Origin: the human T2T-CHM13v2.0 reference genome, Homo sapiens
DNA length: 64,000 nucleotides
Strand: one strand, 5' to 3'
Assembly (NCBI RefSeq): GCF_009914755.1
Contig: NC_060934.1
Shown here: positions 1 through 23,947 of the stretch, piece by piece
How positions within the stretch are numbered: the stretch's first letter is position 1
Layout of the letters: each line of letters starts with the position of its first letter
Notes under the pieces: model-generated
Databases searched by the model: none
Seen by the model: the letters and a program-made list of their open reading frames with translations, nothing else
What the model was told of the DNA's origin: nothing
Translations under genes and position numbers: made by a program

Positions 1-965
1 TGCAGGGGTGCAGGAAACGAGAAGCGAAGGGACTGATACCTTGACAGGAGCCAGGTGTGCTGGGCAGGAGCCCACAGCCAGGGGAGTGAGCTCTTGCATC
101 TGTAGTCAGTGACTGCCATTGTGCAGTGACGTACAGCTGGGAGGCCACCTCTTACTCTACCGAGACACTGTTAATCTTATATACTGAGGTGGCAAGAGGG
201 CGAGGGCTTGTGTCCAGTTACTTGGACATGTAGTGAGAGAATGAAGCAGTGGGTAGCATTAAACTCTTCAAGGAGAGTGAAGGGTTGGGATGGTTGTTTT
301 GGGAAGGATCTGAGAGGATCAACAGCAGGTGAACCTTTAGCTCTTGTGTCTGAACAGTTGCCTGGTGGAAGGCAGAATTTAGAAGACCTCCGAAGGCCCT
401 TCCTGCCCTAGGCTTCTGTGACTCAAATGTTGCCTGTACAATCTTGGAGTAGTTTTGGTTACATATTTTGTATATTTCTAGTATTTTCTGTCAGACAGTG
501 TAACTATGTTCTTTATTGGAGCCATGTAGCCTTCTAAAGATCACTTGGTGATAATTCTGTTTAAGAAAAAATGACACATAATGCACACACACACACATAA
601 AATTCATCTTTATCGCACATATGTATGCACTTTGATTTATTTTTTCCCCTTAATCCATATGATTGTTTTTTCCCCTTAATCCTGTGTCTTATGTGGTAGG
701 ATTATTCTGTTTGTACAGAGGTGCATGCTGAGGCTTAGAGAAGTTAAGCCATTTGCCCAGCATTGCTCAATTGTCTAGAGAAAGGGTAATTGAAGATTTT
801 TGTTGCTGTTTTTTAACTTGAGTCTTTCCCAAATCCTGGATTTTTCTCACTACCTAGACTGTGCGGCTCAATGTCTGAGAGTAGAGTATGATTAATGCAT
901 TGTTCTCCTTGGGGCATGTTTCTTTCTAGCCTGCCTAGGTAGGAGATAAAATGCTGCTTACCCCT

Positions 966-1393
<428 letters not shown>

Positions 1394-4300
1394 AAAAAAA
1401 ATGTAGATTCTTTATGTCTGGGCCAGGGCCCCAGAATATGCATTTCTGTGAAGTTCCCCAGGTGTTTCTGATCCCGGTTGTTTCCGGCCACACTTTTGAG
1501 AGACTGTCCTCCAGAGCTGGGCGGCATGGAAATAATTACAAGCCAGCATGCTGAGTCTACAACAGAGGAACGCCCAGGGACTGGGAGAGCAGAGCGTGGG
1601 GGCAGGTATCTGAATCAGGCTAGGAGAGGCTTTCCTGAGAAGCCGATATCTGATCTGACTCTTGAAGGATGAGGAGGAGAGTTTACCAGACATGTGAGTT
1701 GGGGAAAGAGCATTCCGGACAGATCAGGTTGGGAGAGTTGTTTTTGTTTTCTTCTGCAGATGACAAGGGAAGCTGTCATTCATCTCTTGAGTCTTGGCAT
1801 TGAATTTGCCTGGGGCAAGATAAGGACCTTAGTTCACCAGGTATGGGTGTCTTTTATGGGTACCAAGAAGGAGGAAGACCTCAGGGCCCTTCTTTCTAAT
1901 AATGAGCATGGCATGATTTCAGTGTCTGTAAAGGGCAGATAAACTGTAGGATGTATTAGTTCTTTCATGCAAGGGACAGTTAGACAGCTCATGGAAGCTA
2001 CAGTGTTGACTAAAAAAAATGCTTTTTGTGCTTAGATGAGCCAGAGCTCAGAAGAAGATAGTCACCTGGTGAACTTTTTGGGTATGGCACTATATACCAA
2101 ATTTTAGATATAACAAACAATTAGGCATGCTATCCCTTTATTATCTGACAAGATCAGAAAATAGGTTTTCTGGTTAAGAGAAATTCCATTATGTGTACCT
2201 AACAAAGGGATTACTAATTTTCGGAGAACAGTATTGCAACAGAATGTTCTTAGTCATGATTTGAACGAATTCTATTTCATGTTTATCCAGAAGATATTGA
2301 TTGGGTAATGTCGAAGGTTTCTTAGGAGCAACACTCAGCATCTGAAAAGTCCTGTGCACCTGTTCTACCCAAAGCATGTTGTGGATACAAAGAGGTATAA
2401 ACTCCATCCCTGCCCTCAAGGGGTTTACAGTCAGCTAGGGAAAGTAGAATAAGTGCACAGGTAATGAGGACATTCTGCAGGTGGTAGCAAATGACATTAG
2501 AAAAGAATAGAATGCCGCAGTTCAGAGGTGTGAAGAGGCAACCCTTCTGCAGGTGGCCCTTCCCACAGTCCAATCCAGTAGTATCAGTTGTTGCACTATA
2601 CGTGCTAGGTGTGTGGAAGGACCAGTGGGTGGTAAGTTCTAGTTGATGGAATGCAGGCTAGATCCATTAAGACACTAATTTTACATCTTGCACCTTGGAA
2701 TATTGCCTTTCTCAGTGGGAAAGACCCATTGTCCTCCAAGTTGTCCACACCAGTGAGATGGGATGATCCCTGATACTGGAAATGAATAATACCCATCAAA
2801 GCCCTCTTAGGGTCCCTTTTCCAGGTTGGAATTTGTCATGGAAAGAGGCACAGGGGGCAACTCCTGGCCCAAGGGGCTGTTTGTATTTTTGAAAGGGTGA
2901 GCTGGTCCCTGGGCTGATGCCGAATGTGACAAGGCAACTAGAATGTTGCATGGTACTTACTCCCTGGGCATAGGAAGTGGCTTTAGAGTCTCACAAGGAG
3001 AGCAGTGGAAAGGCTGTGTGATAGCCAGCTAAAGCTGCAGGGTGGAGCCATGACTGTGGAGAGGGAAGGGGGGGAATTGCCGGCTTCCAATTTAACCCCT
3101 CAACTGCTGAATGTTAGCCAGCATTGACTTGGGGTATTTATTATTTCACCACAGCAGCCACCCATGAGGGAGGAGGTCTTATCTCCTTTTTGCTGTAAGG
3201 AAACTGAAACCCAGGGAGAAGTTATCTGTTCCAGAACCCAGGGCTAATGTGTGGCAGGAGGGGCCTGGAGTGCAAGTCTTCTTGGTGTCTGTCTGCCCCT
3301 GCCCGTTGCTCTGGCTTGGTACCCATATCCACAGTCCACTGCAGGCCTCCTCCTCCCTGCCTGCTCTGTGCACAGCAGAGGACCGAATGTTGACTACCAG
3401 TTGCTGTTACCCTCGGGCCCAACCTCTTTCCACCAGGTTGAGGACAAATTAAGCAAGATCTTGCTTGGAAGGAAACTAGCTGTATATAGCAGCAAACACC
3501 AAGGTGACACTTGTTTGTGCTACCAAAAGTTGAAGACAGAATCCTTATCTAAACTGATTTGTGAAAGTCTTGTGACAGCTCCACAGAACACCTCATTTCC
3601 CTACTGTCACCACAGGTGAGAAAGGTGGTGCTTACGCAAGCCCTTTCAGGTTAATTTTTTTTTGGGGGGGTGGGGGGAGGGATGGAGTCTCGCTCTTGCT
3701 CTGTCACCCAGACTGGAGTGCAGTGGCGCCATCTTGGCTTACTACAACTTCTGCCTCCCAGGTTCAAGGAATTCTCGTGCCTCAGCCTCCCAAGTAGCTG
3801 GTAGCACCTGCCACCATGCCCAGCTAATTTTTCTATTTTTAGGAAAGATGGAGTTTCACCATGTTGGCCAGGTTGGTCTGAAACTCCTGACCTCAGGTGA
3901 TGCACCTGCCACGGCCTGTCAAAGTGCTGGGATTACAGGTGTGAGCAACTGTGCCTGGCCTCGGGTTAATTTTTGAACCCCCAACCATCTCTGTTGAAAG
4001 AAGCTGCTTTTTTTTTTTTTTTTTTTTTTTTTTTGAGGAACGTGGCTTGTTTTTCATTGCATCTCTGTTATCAGAGCAAAGAGAAAGTGTACTGGACAGT
4101 AACTTAGTGGAAAAGAGGACTGTGCCTGCTGATTTTGAAACATTATCCAGGATGGAGCCAAAGAAAACAGTCACTTCCTCCAGTGATAGCCCATGAGTTT
4201 GACCCGCCCCCTCCCACCCCTTTTCCATGAAGAGGTAAATTTTAGTCCAGGAAAACAGAATACTTTGGGGCTATTTAAAAAAATGCTTTGAAATCCCTTC

Positions 4301-5396
4301 TTCTGCCCTAATTCCTTAGCACTAGTAAGATACTAGTTTCTTACCTCTTCCTCTCTAGGGCTTCTTGACTCTTATTTCTTGCTAATTTGTAGCAACAGTG
4401 GGTTGAAAGAGCCCTGAGAATGGACCTGCCTGAGCCATTTCTGTGCCCCTCTGTAGCCATTGTTTCTCTGGGCAGAGCTCACCTGAACTTGAACCCCAGA
4501 CCTCACAAGAGGCTTCTATTGCTGGTTGCTGGAAATGGTGATAAAATCCTGTGAGGGGAGGGGCAGTGCGGGGAAGGAGACTTGGCTTTGGGAATGGCTG
4601 GAGTGTGACATACTGACTTCTTTTCCTGAAAGTGGCTGAGGGTTTGCCGGGACTGTGTTGCACATAAGACTTCGGTTTCCTCTGGCATTGCATCAAGGAG
4701 GCCAGAGTATTTATTATTGTTTGGTTTTCTTGCTTAACACACAAGACTTAAGGATCTCCCAACTGTGATGCACGGTCTCGATGAGGTTTCAAATACTGTC
4801 CAATTGATCTTGTGGTTTCCATCGAGGGTGTGAAATCCCTGGTTACCCACCAGGCAGGCAGTGGTTTGAATACCTGTGATCTCCCACCCCTCTGGGTGTG
4901 GTTCTGGAGTGCCGTGGGAGGTTAGGACAGGCTGGGGCGGACCGCCAGCACAAATAGAACATACAGTCATTCCTGCGTCTCTGTGTAAGGTTCCAGATTC
5001 ATGGGCCAGGCTTGGCTTGTGCTGGGTTACTGTAAACCAGGATGAGAGAGCCACAGCCAGAGAGCCACGGTTCATTCTCGCACTGGTCATGTGAAAATCA
5101 CACCCCCACAGCCTTGCCTTAGGCTTTGAAGGACCCCTTCATGCTGCTGCTTGTACCATGTAGCTAAGAGGCACGAGGGATGACCAGCTCCTATGGTTAC
5201 TTGACTCAGCGGTCGCTAGGTTCAGGACTTTGTGAAGGGTTTTTGGCCAGGGTAGGTATGCTTGTGAGACTGACATCAGTCCTGCCCACGGGGAATTTAG
5301 AGCGGGGTGGTGACAGGGAGTCTGTGAGGCACTCGGAGAACAAGACTGGCTAAAACACGGTTCTGTACAAAATATTGTGCTGCAGTTTGGCTAAAA

Positions 5397-5622
5397 CAGG
5401 GGCTCTAAACTGGGACAGTTTTGCCCATCCCCCATAGGGGATATTTGGCAGTGTCCAGACATGGTTAGCTGTCACAGCTAGGGGAGTAGGAAGTTGCTAC
5501 TGGCATATCTAGTTAATAGAGGCCAGGGATGTTGCTAAACATCCTACAATGTACAGTTCAGTCCCGTATGACAAATAATTACCTGACTCCAAATGTCAGT
5601 AGGGCTAAGGTGGAGAAACCTT
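5397..5622 (+). mobile_element. MER20 hAT-Charlie element
   Basis: ggggatatttggcagtgtc...gctactggcat...agaggccagggatgttgctaaacatcctacaatg...gctaaggtggagaaacc. Confidence 0.8.
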
Positions 5623-6120
5623 GGGGTAGAAACCACAGACTCATAGTAGTCCACTCTGCTTGGGAAGCAGGAGTCACAGGACTGAGGGAAGAAGTACCAT
5701 ATTGTTTTAATAAAGGGGAAATAGGTAGAGCTTTCCTGCTGCCTTCTAAGCAGTGTGTGTTCATTATCTGCCCAGAAATTTAGAATTTTCACATTGGTTG
5801 TTCCTTTAATCACTAGGTACTCTGTCTTATTAATGACAGGTACAGAGTCATTTTTTGTGGGCCAGTAGATATGACCAAGCCCATCTGAAATATGGATATG
5901 ACCAAGTCCATCTGAAAAGTCAGATGGAACTGACGTTTCATCCCTTACTCAAATAACCGGGATTACTACCCCCCAGGAGGAGAGGATCTCAGTGGTACCC
6001 AAATGACTTTGTACATACAACTTAAAGAAAAAGCAGGCATAGTTATTTTAGCAGCAGCCCATATTTCAAGCCAGGTACCTATTGCTGTGGGTTGGGTTTA
6101 TTGTAATCTATCATTAGTAA

Positions 6121-7282
<1,162 letters not shown>

Positions 7283-8197
7283 CTCAGCCCACTTTTTAAA
7301 AGTTGAAAAACAACGGTGCCATGTAGGCATAGAACTCATTAGTGGGTCCACTGGGGCTTAAGGGCCACTAGTGCAATCCCCACTTTTAAGAGGGGAGAGG
7401 CAGTGATACAACTGTGGGAAGAAAAGGACCTACTTCATGGCACCAACTGTGAGTGGATGACAGTAGGCTAAACTGCCCCTCTGCTCTGCCTGAGTGCCAC
7501 CTGCTACTCACCTGCTCCGCTGCATGCTACCTGCTATTTCAGCCCTCAGCTCTCTGCACCAGCCCTTGCTAAAGAAGCCATGCTTCTCAATGGACTTACT
7601 CTGTAGCAGAAGAGGCCAGTGATGAGGAATTCCTGGGGACTGCTTTTCCTTCTAAGTGTCCAGGGGTGAAAGAGTGGTCCATGAACCAGGGTCCAGTGCC
7701 TCTGTAGCCTGCCAGACTCCACAGGCCTGCATGCCCTGGGACATTGACAAGTAGACCTTAATAAAACCATGGGATATGTTGCAACTTCCGATTTTTGCTG
7801 TGGGATTTTCCTACCAGGGTCAAGTAGCTTTTTCTGAATTTGTTATTCAGGTTCCTAATAGCAACACAGGAAATGGATTTTAATTTTTTTGCTGGCTGCT
7901 CTGTTTGGGGGCTGTTTAATGAGGATGTAGTTGCAGTGCAGCTTTGGCAGTAACAGTACTGGTGTGGATGGGAGCGTAGCTAACATGTCACTTCTTTTTA
8001 AAATTTATGTGTATGATCTATTATATGTTTTAATGGAATGAGGCATAGAGAGTATAAATAATGTGCCTTGATTCTATGTAGGTACTCTTGTGGGTAACTG
8101 TGTTGGGACACGTTTGGGATTCTAGAAAACGAATATGAGTCTATTTCATGTTTAGAGAGCAGGAACTGTTTATTGTATGTTCTTTTTAGATCCAGGG

Positions 8198-8357
8198 CAG
8201 TGGTTCTCAAGCTTGAATATACATAAACATAACCAGGGGAGCATGTTTTAAAAGGCGGATTTTCAGTCCCTGCCCCTAGAGGGTCTCAGTCTATCTACAT
8301 TCTTGACAAATATTTCAGATGATTTGGGGCCCATGGACCACACTTTTGGGAAACACA
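8198..8357 (+). mobile_element. MER5A-like hAT MITE (similar fragments near 1400-1507, 23122-23295, 48365-48534)
   Basis: cagtggttctcaa ... ggaccacacttttgggaaacac terminal repeats. Confidence 0.65.
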
Positions 8358-9032
8358 TCCCTATTTTGTTGCATTTGTTGTCTAAGCATGTTCATTGTTA
8401 TGTGGGGGCAAATTCACTTATTTATAAGATGCCCTTATTGTCCTGATTCACTGTGTTGCCCTTCCTCAGATTCTTGACTAGTGTTAGTCTTTGGGAGGGA
8501 CCAGACCAGATTGTTCCAGGATGCCCTGTGGGTTGAAGTCAGTGGACCTCTATTGTCCCCACTACTACCCCTGGGACTCCCCTTTGGGGACCATGACACT
8601 GTGGGCTCATCTTGAAGCAGCAGCCATCTCTTTTGATCCTAGGCTTTTCTTACATTGGTCACAAGCTCCAGTCTTTGGCTTTACTCTTTAGGGTACTCTA
8701 TAGCTAAAGCATGGGGGACTGGGTCCTCTTAAGCCCAGGGAGCTGGAGTCCAGAGCCCTTAAGGAGTAAACCACACTATCAGATCTGAGGGATGAGGCTG
8801 AACCTTATCAGAAGATTTACTGGCTTGGTTAGGGGAACCTACCCATGTAGCCCAGGCTATTTGTTCTTTTGGAAAACTACTGAATTCAGCCAAACAGCAT
8901 AAAAATCCATTCCTAGTGTCCCATTGCATGCAAGACAAAGTCTTGGTTAACTTCTTAGCAGTGGCTTGCCCTTTATGGGGAAGGATGGAATTGAGTAAGC
9001 TCTTTTAGCCAAAGCTTATGGAATAATTGTCA

Positions 9033-16555
<7,523 letters not shown>

Positions 16556-16830
16556 GTAGGGGGGTGCGGGGAGAGCTGGGGCCAAACCCAAGGCTCCTGG
16601 GTTTTCCATACCACTATTGACTGACACCAGCATGTCTCTCTGAAGGAACTCACTTTGGCACTCATATCTCACTATCTCCTGAATCCTCCTTCACCTCTTC
16701 CTTGCTAGAGGTACACCTTCTTTCGTACCGCTGCAGCAGAAAATGACAGTTCCCATAACCAAGACTATCCCAGGCAGCTCAGGGACTCTGTATTTAGAGG
16801 AGGGAGAAGGACCACAGGGGACTAGATATA

Positions 16831-17167
16831 TAGATGGCCACAACTTGTGATGGTTCAACTTAGTGATTTTTCAACTTTATGGTGGTGCAATTGATACATG
16901 CAGCCAGTAGAAATCATTTGTTTTTCATTTTTAATACAGTATTAAGTAGATGACATGAGATATTCAATACTTTATTGTAAAATAATTTGTGTTAGAGGAT
17001 TTTACCAAACCATAGGCTGATGTAAGTTCCGAGCAGTTTAAGGTAAGCTAGGCTAAGCTATGCTGTTCAGTAGATTAACTGTGTTAAATGCATTTTTGAC
17101 TGACGATATTTTCAATTTATGATGGGTTTACCAGAACATGACCCCATCGTAAGCCGAGAAACTTCCG
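16831..17167 (-). mobile_element. MER47A-like TcMar-Tigger MITE
   Basis: Terminal inverted-repeat remnants (agatgg..acaactt.tgatgg / ccatcgtaagccgag) and internal aggtaagctaggctaagctatg typical of Tigger derivatives. Confidence 0.7.
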
Positions 17168-19298
17168 TACTGTGTTAAAAACTGTTTGAGGAACACTGGA
17201 TTAAATGATGCTTCCACTGTTCTGCTCTCCCTGGGAAAGCGGAGGCAGAACGGTGAAGCAGAGTGAGGTCTTGTTTATTCCAGGCCCCCTGCCTCGGTGC
17301 ACAGAAGATCCGAGAGAAAAGCTGACTGACAGCAGTAGGTCATGAGGATGCCACTTGTTTAGATTTCAAATGCATTCCACTCTATGTCTCACTTAAGACC
17401 AGTTGACAGCCATGTGTTCCGAGCCTGGGCTGCCTCTGGTGAATTTTCCTGAGACAGAAGTGTCATTGGATTCTTTCTTGTGCCAAGTGTAGGCACCACT
17501 GCCTCTTTTAGAAACTATGTGGACACTTTGAACTGTGCTCTTTTAAGCCAGTGCCGGAAGAATGGCATTCGCAGGGCCTGGTAAACTGGGGAGAAACTTT
17601 CTGATGTTTTTATGAAAGGCATGTTTTGCTCTGAAGTCAAAGAGTGTGTGTTCTGGCCAAAGTAGCAAGCATAGATCTGCTTTTTCCACACGCACCAGGC
17701 TTCAGAGGAGAAGTTGACTAGATAGCCAGTGTCTCATTTTGTTTGTGGTGGGCATGGGATGGTGAAAACGGAAGGAGGAAGAAGTACAGGGGACAAGATA
17801 TTTAGATGGTCCACAACTTGCGATGGTTCAACTTAATGGTTTTTCAGCTATGATGGTGTGAATGGCATACATGGCCAGTAGAAATCATTCTGTTTTTCAC
17901 TTTTAGTACAGGATTAAGTAGATGGTATGAGAAATCCAACTTGATAGCCAGTGTCTCATTTTGCTTATGGTGGACATGGGAGGGTGGTGGTGGGGCGGCG
18001 GGGGAAGGAGCACATAGAAGGAACTCTGCGTGCAATGTTGTGAGGGCCTCATTGTCAGGGTTTATGAATTTCTCGTTTCCTTCTTTCTAAACTCTCATAT
18101 CAGAATGTAAAGTTTTTAAGACCAAGAAACACCTAAAGATTTATGGTGGAAACGTGCACTAAGCCGGGGAACTGGTTTTCAGTCCTGTGCTTTCTCTTGT
18201 CCTCTCCGTGTGGCTTCAGGTGCCAGTCCTGTTTCTGCCCAGCCTCTAGCCCTGTAGACAGTCACTGGAGTGCCTGGTGTATACCCTTGGCCAAGTAGAC
18301 AGTGTAGTAAAGCATGGCCCAGAGAGGAGGAGCCGACCATGTGACTTCAGTTTCCACTGGCAGCTGTCCGCCGGATGTGCACTGTGGGCAGGGCCAGCCT
18401 GAGTTGCCGCAAATACTGTGGCTTTAGTTTATTTGCTGAGCAGGGCTTTTTTCCTTCTTAACTCTGAGCTTCTTGGGGATAAGGACAATGTCTTATTCAT
18501 CTTTGTATCCCTTGAACCCAACACAATGCTTGGCACAAAGACAGCGTCCAGTAAGTGACTGTGTTATTGTTTAGAATGAAGAAATGTTGAAGGCCACATA
18601 TAGCAGATGCCTTACAGGTTTCGTCATCTGCATAGTGGCCCCAAGTACATTTTGGGCTGAGGTTAACGTTGGTCTGGGAGGTATTTTATATCTTACATGT
18701 GAAACTTTTTTTTAAAGTTCCCCTCCATCCTCATCCACCAGTGCTGTGGACAGAATTTGGCAGACAGCTAGATGGCCACTCAGTAGTGCCCTTTATGTGA
18801 GTGTCCCTGACAAGGGACAGTATGAATCCTGGATCCAGTCAGGATTCTTTTTCAATAAGCAAAAATGATCTAGCAGATTGAAATTAGACTGGGTTATCTG
18901 AGCAGTTCGGCCCTTTATTGAAAAGTAAAGAATTTCAGTTGTAGATTTTTTTTGTTGTTGCCCTCTTTAGGATCACACTGTGAATTAACCTTGGAGAGAA
19001 AGTGTTTTAAAAAGAAGAATGGAATAACTGAGCAGATGCTAATCCTAGAATACATACCGCTTTAATTATTCCAGGAAGTTTCACAGAAAAGCCAGTTTTA
19101 TTTAAAATGTACTGCTAATTACCAGGGAATCATCACCCTCCTACCGGCTGAGGTTAGCACCGGAACATGAAATGTTTCTACTTGGACCTAAAGTGAGGCA
19201 GCCCTTGCCTGTCCTGTCCGAGGAAAACTTCACTCTGCCAATTGCTTTTGTGTCCTGAATCTCCTCTCCTCTTTAATAAACCATATTTTTTCCCCTAA

Positions 19299-19628
<330 letters not shown>

Positions 19629-19789
19629 TGAGCCACCGCGCCTGGCCAAAGTTGATTTTCTTAATGGAATAAACATTGATACAAACTGTTTTGGGGGCTG
19701 GTGAATAGACAACCAGGAGGACAATGATGAGAAGGAAAGTGTTCAAAAGCTGTCATTTAATATGCTAACATGCTTTTTTAATTTTTTAG

Positions 19790-19969
<180 letters not shown>

Positions 19970-21016
19970 TAGCCCTTTTCGGATTCTCTTGGGGACAGTG
20001 TTGGTGAGTGGAATCTGTTTATGGGTTCCAGAAGTGCTTCCTTTGTAGAGGAAGAGAGTTCTGGTGCTCTTTGGACTTTGTTAGCTGAAGACTAGAGAAT
20101 ATGGTCTTAGCCAGGTCTGCTGCAGAAGCTCTTGCCTGAGGTTCTCCTGGCTGCCCTCTCCATTGTGTGCTGAGCAGCTGACAACAACTTAGATGCTTCC
20201 TTGGGCCCTCCCAGAAGCCCAGGTTTGCCTTTCTTTTTTTTTTTGACGGAGTCTCGCTCTGTCACCAGGCTGGAGTGCAGGCGCAACCTCAGCTCATTGC
20301 AGCCTCTGCCTCCCGAGTTCAACTGATTCTCCTCCCTCAGCCTCCTGAGTAGCTGGTACTACAGGTGTGCACCACCATGCCCAACTAATTTTTGTATTTT
20401 TAGGAGAGATGGGGTTTCACCGTATTGGCCAAGATGGTCTCGATCTGTTGACCTCGTGATCTGCCCGCCTTGGCTTCCCAAAGTGCTGGGATTAGAGGCG
20501 TGAGCCACCACACCTGGCTGGCTTGCTGTTTTTGCAGAGAGAGGTTGCAAGCCAAGCTACTATGAATGCCAGGCCACTCTAGATGGTCACTATGCCATTT
20601 TCTTGTAAGGACCACAGGGGCTTCCAGAATTTCCCATAGAACCTCATGGAGTGCCTCTGTTTCTGAGGGTCCTTCGGAAAGGAACAGTCTTTCCCTAGGT
20701 CCTTGCCTATAGAGGACCTTCTGGAGAAAGGGAGTCTTGAGGCTCAGCTCCTTTTATTTCTTACCCAGTTCTCACATGGAAGTTCCTGGAGGATTCTCCA
20801 GTGTACCTAACCTTTTACTGTCAGCTAAATCCCATGTGGAGGCTGGGCACAGTAGCTCACGCTTATAATCCCAGCACCCTGGGAGGCCAAGGCATGTGGA
20901 TCACTTGAGCCCAAGAGTTCAATACCAGCCTGGCTAACATGGTGAAACCCCCTCTCTACTAAAAATACAAAAATTATCTGGGCATGGTGGTGTGTGCCTG
21001 TAGTCCCAGCTACTCA

Positions 21017-21262
<246 letters not shown>

Positions 21263-23619
21263 TCAACTGACACTCTTTGTACTCTGACCTTCCTGGAACT
21301 CAGACGAGACAGTGTAGGATGCTGGACAAAGAATGAGAGGGTGTTGGGGGGGTGGTGCTTAGGACAGCGAGGCCCCAGGTGACTGACATTGCCGTAGTTC
21401 TTACAATTGTCTCTTGAGAAAGGAGACTGCAGGCGGTTTCCCCAGATGATTCTAAGCCCTCATCACTGCCTCCATTTGGAAACAGACTTCGGGTTTGTCA
21501 AACCATGACCTTGCCCCCACCATCCTATCTGCGCCTTTCCCCTTTCTCATCCCCCCCATCAACCCCTGTGTCAGTGATATGGCAAGAAAGCAGCCAGAAG
21601 GACTATTGTTTGGTCCAGAAAGGAAATTAGACTCTTGGCTGGGAGGTCTGTCCATCTGAAATGCAGTTGTATTTGTAGCCAACAGGAGTGGTTCCTCCAA
21701 ACAAGACCTCTCCCTCACCCTCGCTTTTCCCTTTTGAGGACTGAGGACGGGCTCATCTGCCTTTCTGAGGAATTCCAGGAGCAGTCCAGTGCAGGAGAGC
21801 ACAAGGCTCAAGATGTCCCCACCAGACCTGCAGATATATAAGCAGCAGTGAAGGAGGGCACAGTCATTGTTGCTATTTTAGAAGGGGTGGGGCTGAGAAA
21901 CTTACTAGAGGACACACAGTGCCAAGCAGGTAGACAGACTCTGTTTAAATGTTTTAAAATGCAGATAACCACAGGGTTCAAATTCTCCTTCCCACCCTTT
22001 GTTAAAACAAAAGTTGAAGCTGGGCTGCCAAAAAGCCACAGAGCTGTAGTTTGTTTTTCTGGGTCCTGGCCAGGCGGCATCAGTTGTGAAAAGGAACGAA
22101 GTTGCTCATGGCCCCGTCTCAGATTGACAGAGCCTCCTGGGCTTTTGGCAGAGCCGACTCAGGAGCCACCTGAATTGGGTCACCAAAGCCAGGGCAGGGG
22201 GGTGGAGTGGTGGGGACAGGGAGACCCAGAGGGCAAGGAGGTAGTCTGGGAAAGCAGGTGCCTCACCCCAAGGGCTTAAAGAAAGTCAGAGAAAGAGCTG
22301 CATGAACGGCTAAGTGTCTCTCCAGCTACGGGCGTTTAGGAAAGGAGGCCCAGCAGAGAGCAGTGTCTAGACGGAGAGAAAAGGTGCCCCGTTAAATGAG
22401 CTGGCATGTGTTTTCCACGTTCTGGAGGCATGGGAGACATAAAAGCAAAACGCCCTTCTCAGGAAGTCCTCCGATCTCCCTCTTTATTGAGGTCATGGCT
22501 TCTGCCTGGTGTGTATGGGAGGGAGGTTGATGTTGGAACAAACACCTGAAGTTCTCATCAAAATGGCACTTTTTGTTGCTTTCAACCCTGTTCCCTCTAA
22601 CTGCCTCTCAACTTTGCCTGAAGTGTGAAAGTCACGGGCTTTGGGCTGATTTCCTTCCCACCTTCCTTTGGAAAGAAAATTCCTCAGCCAGGAAATCCTT
22701 TGGCAGAGTTTTCATCAGACAGGGCAACTCCTTAACTATAGTTGCCTACAGGAAAGGCCTCCGGGAAAAAATGCCATTTCTACCCACCCTTTACCTCTAC
22801 TAAACTGCATTTTCCTGTGTGCTGAGGAAAATTCTCAATTCTCACACACATACTTACACACACACACGGTTTACACAGACACACAAGCACACATAGACCT
22901 GAGCTCTGGCCGGCAACCTTTCCCACATGTCTTTTCAATGTTTCATAACCCAAACCAGTTATTGGGCCTGCATGTGTTGAGAACGGCAGATCCTGTTTAA
23001 TAGGGGCAGTAGTTGAGGCTATTAAGGACCTGATCGTTGTTAGTATTATCTCCATGCATTTTTACGGCACCTGTACTTTAATTCATCATTCCATCAGTTA
23101 TTCATTCAGCAAACCCTTATTCCAGTGCTCTTGAACTTTAGCAGGCATCAGAATTTCCTGAAGGGCTACCGAAAACACACACTTCTGGGCCCTACTCCCA
23201 GAGCTTTTGATTCAAAACTGAGAATTTAAAAACCTGAGAATGTGCAATTGTAACAAGTTCCTAGTTGATGCTGTGACCTCCTCTGGGCTGGAAACTGGAG
23301 AGACAGAATTCTTACCTTCAGAAGGTAATCCAGCGGGGAGGGGATAGGATGTGCATTGGCCCAAACCCCAAAGCCACTCCTCCCTGTTCTCATCCCGGGG
23401 CTCTCTCCACTCAGCAAGCTACATTTTCCAGGGAGAGATCAAAGTTGGGAATTTCTGCCCTTGAGATCATTTGGGAGAATTTCACCCAGGCATCAGTTTC
23501 CCCTGGTTTGGGCTTTAGGAGGGAGAGGGGTATGTTTCTGGACAGTGGAATTTCCCTGAAGTGACACAAAACAGGCTATTAGCAAATCCTGTCAGTGCTG
23601 CCCAACTCGTTTTTCATTT

Positions 23620-23947
23620 TTTATTCTCTCTCTTTTTTTCTTTCTCTCTCTCTTTCCTTTCCCTCCCTCCCATCTCCCTCCTCCTCTCTCCCCTCCCTCT
23701 CCACTCTTCCTCTCCCCTCCCTCCCCACTTTTCCTCCCCCCTCCCTCCCACCCTTCCCTACCCTTCCCCCCACCCCCACCCTTCCCCCACCCTGCCACCC
23801 CTCCCCCACCTTCCCACCCTTCCCCCCACCCTCCCCTCCCCTTCCTCCACCCTCCCCTACCCTTCCCCCAGCCTTTCCCTTTCCCCCTTCCCCCTCCTCC
23901 TTCCACCTTCTCCTTCCTTCCTTCCTTCCTTCCTTCCTTCCTCTTTT
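23620..23947. repeat. ~330 bp polypyrimidine/polypurine tract (CCCT/CCTT/CCCCA)
   Basis: Almost exclusively C/T on the + strand, adjoining the tail of a - strand Alu. Confidence 0.95.
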
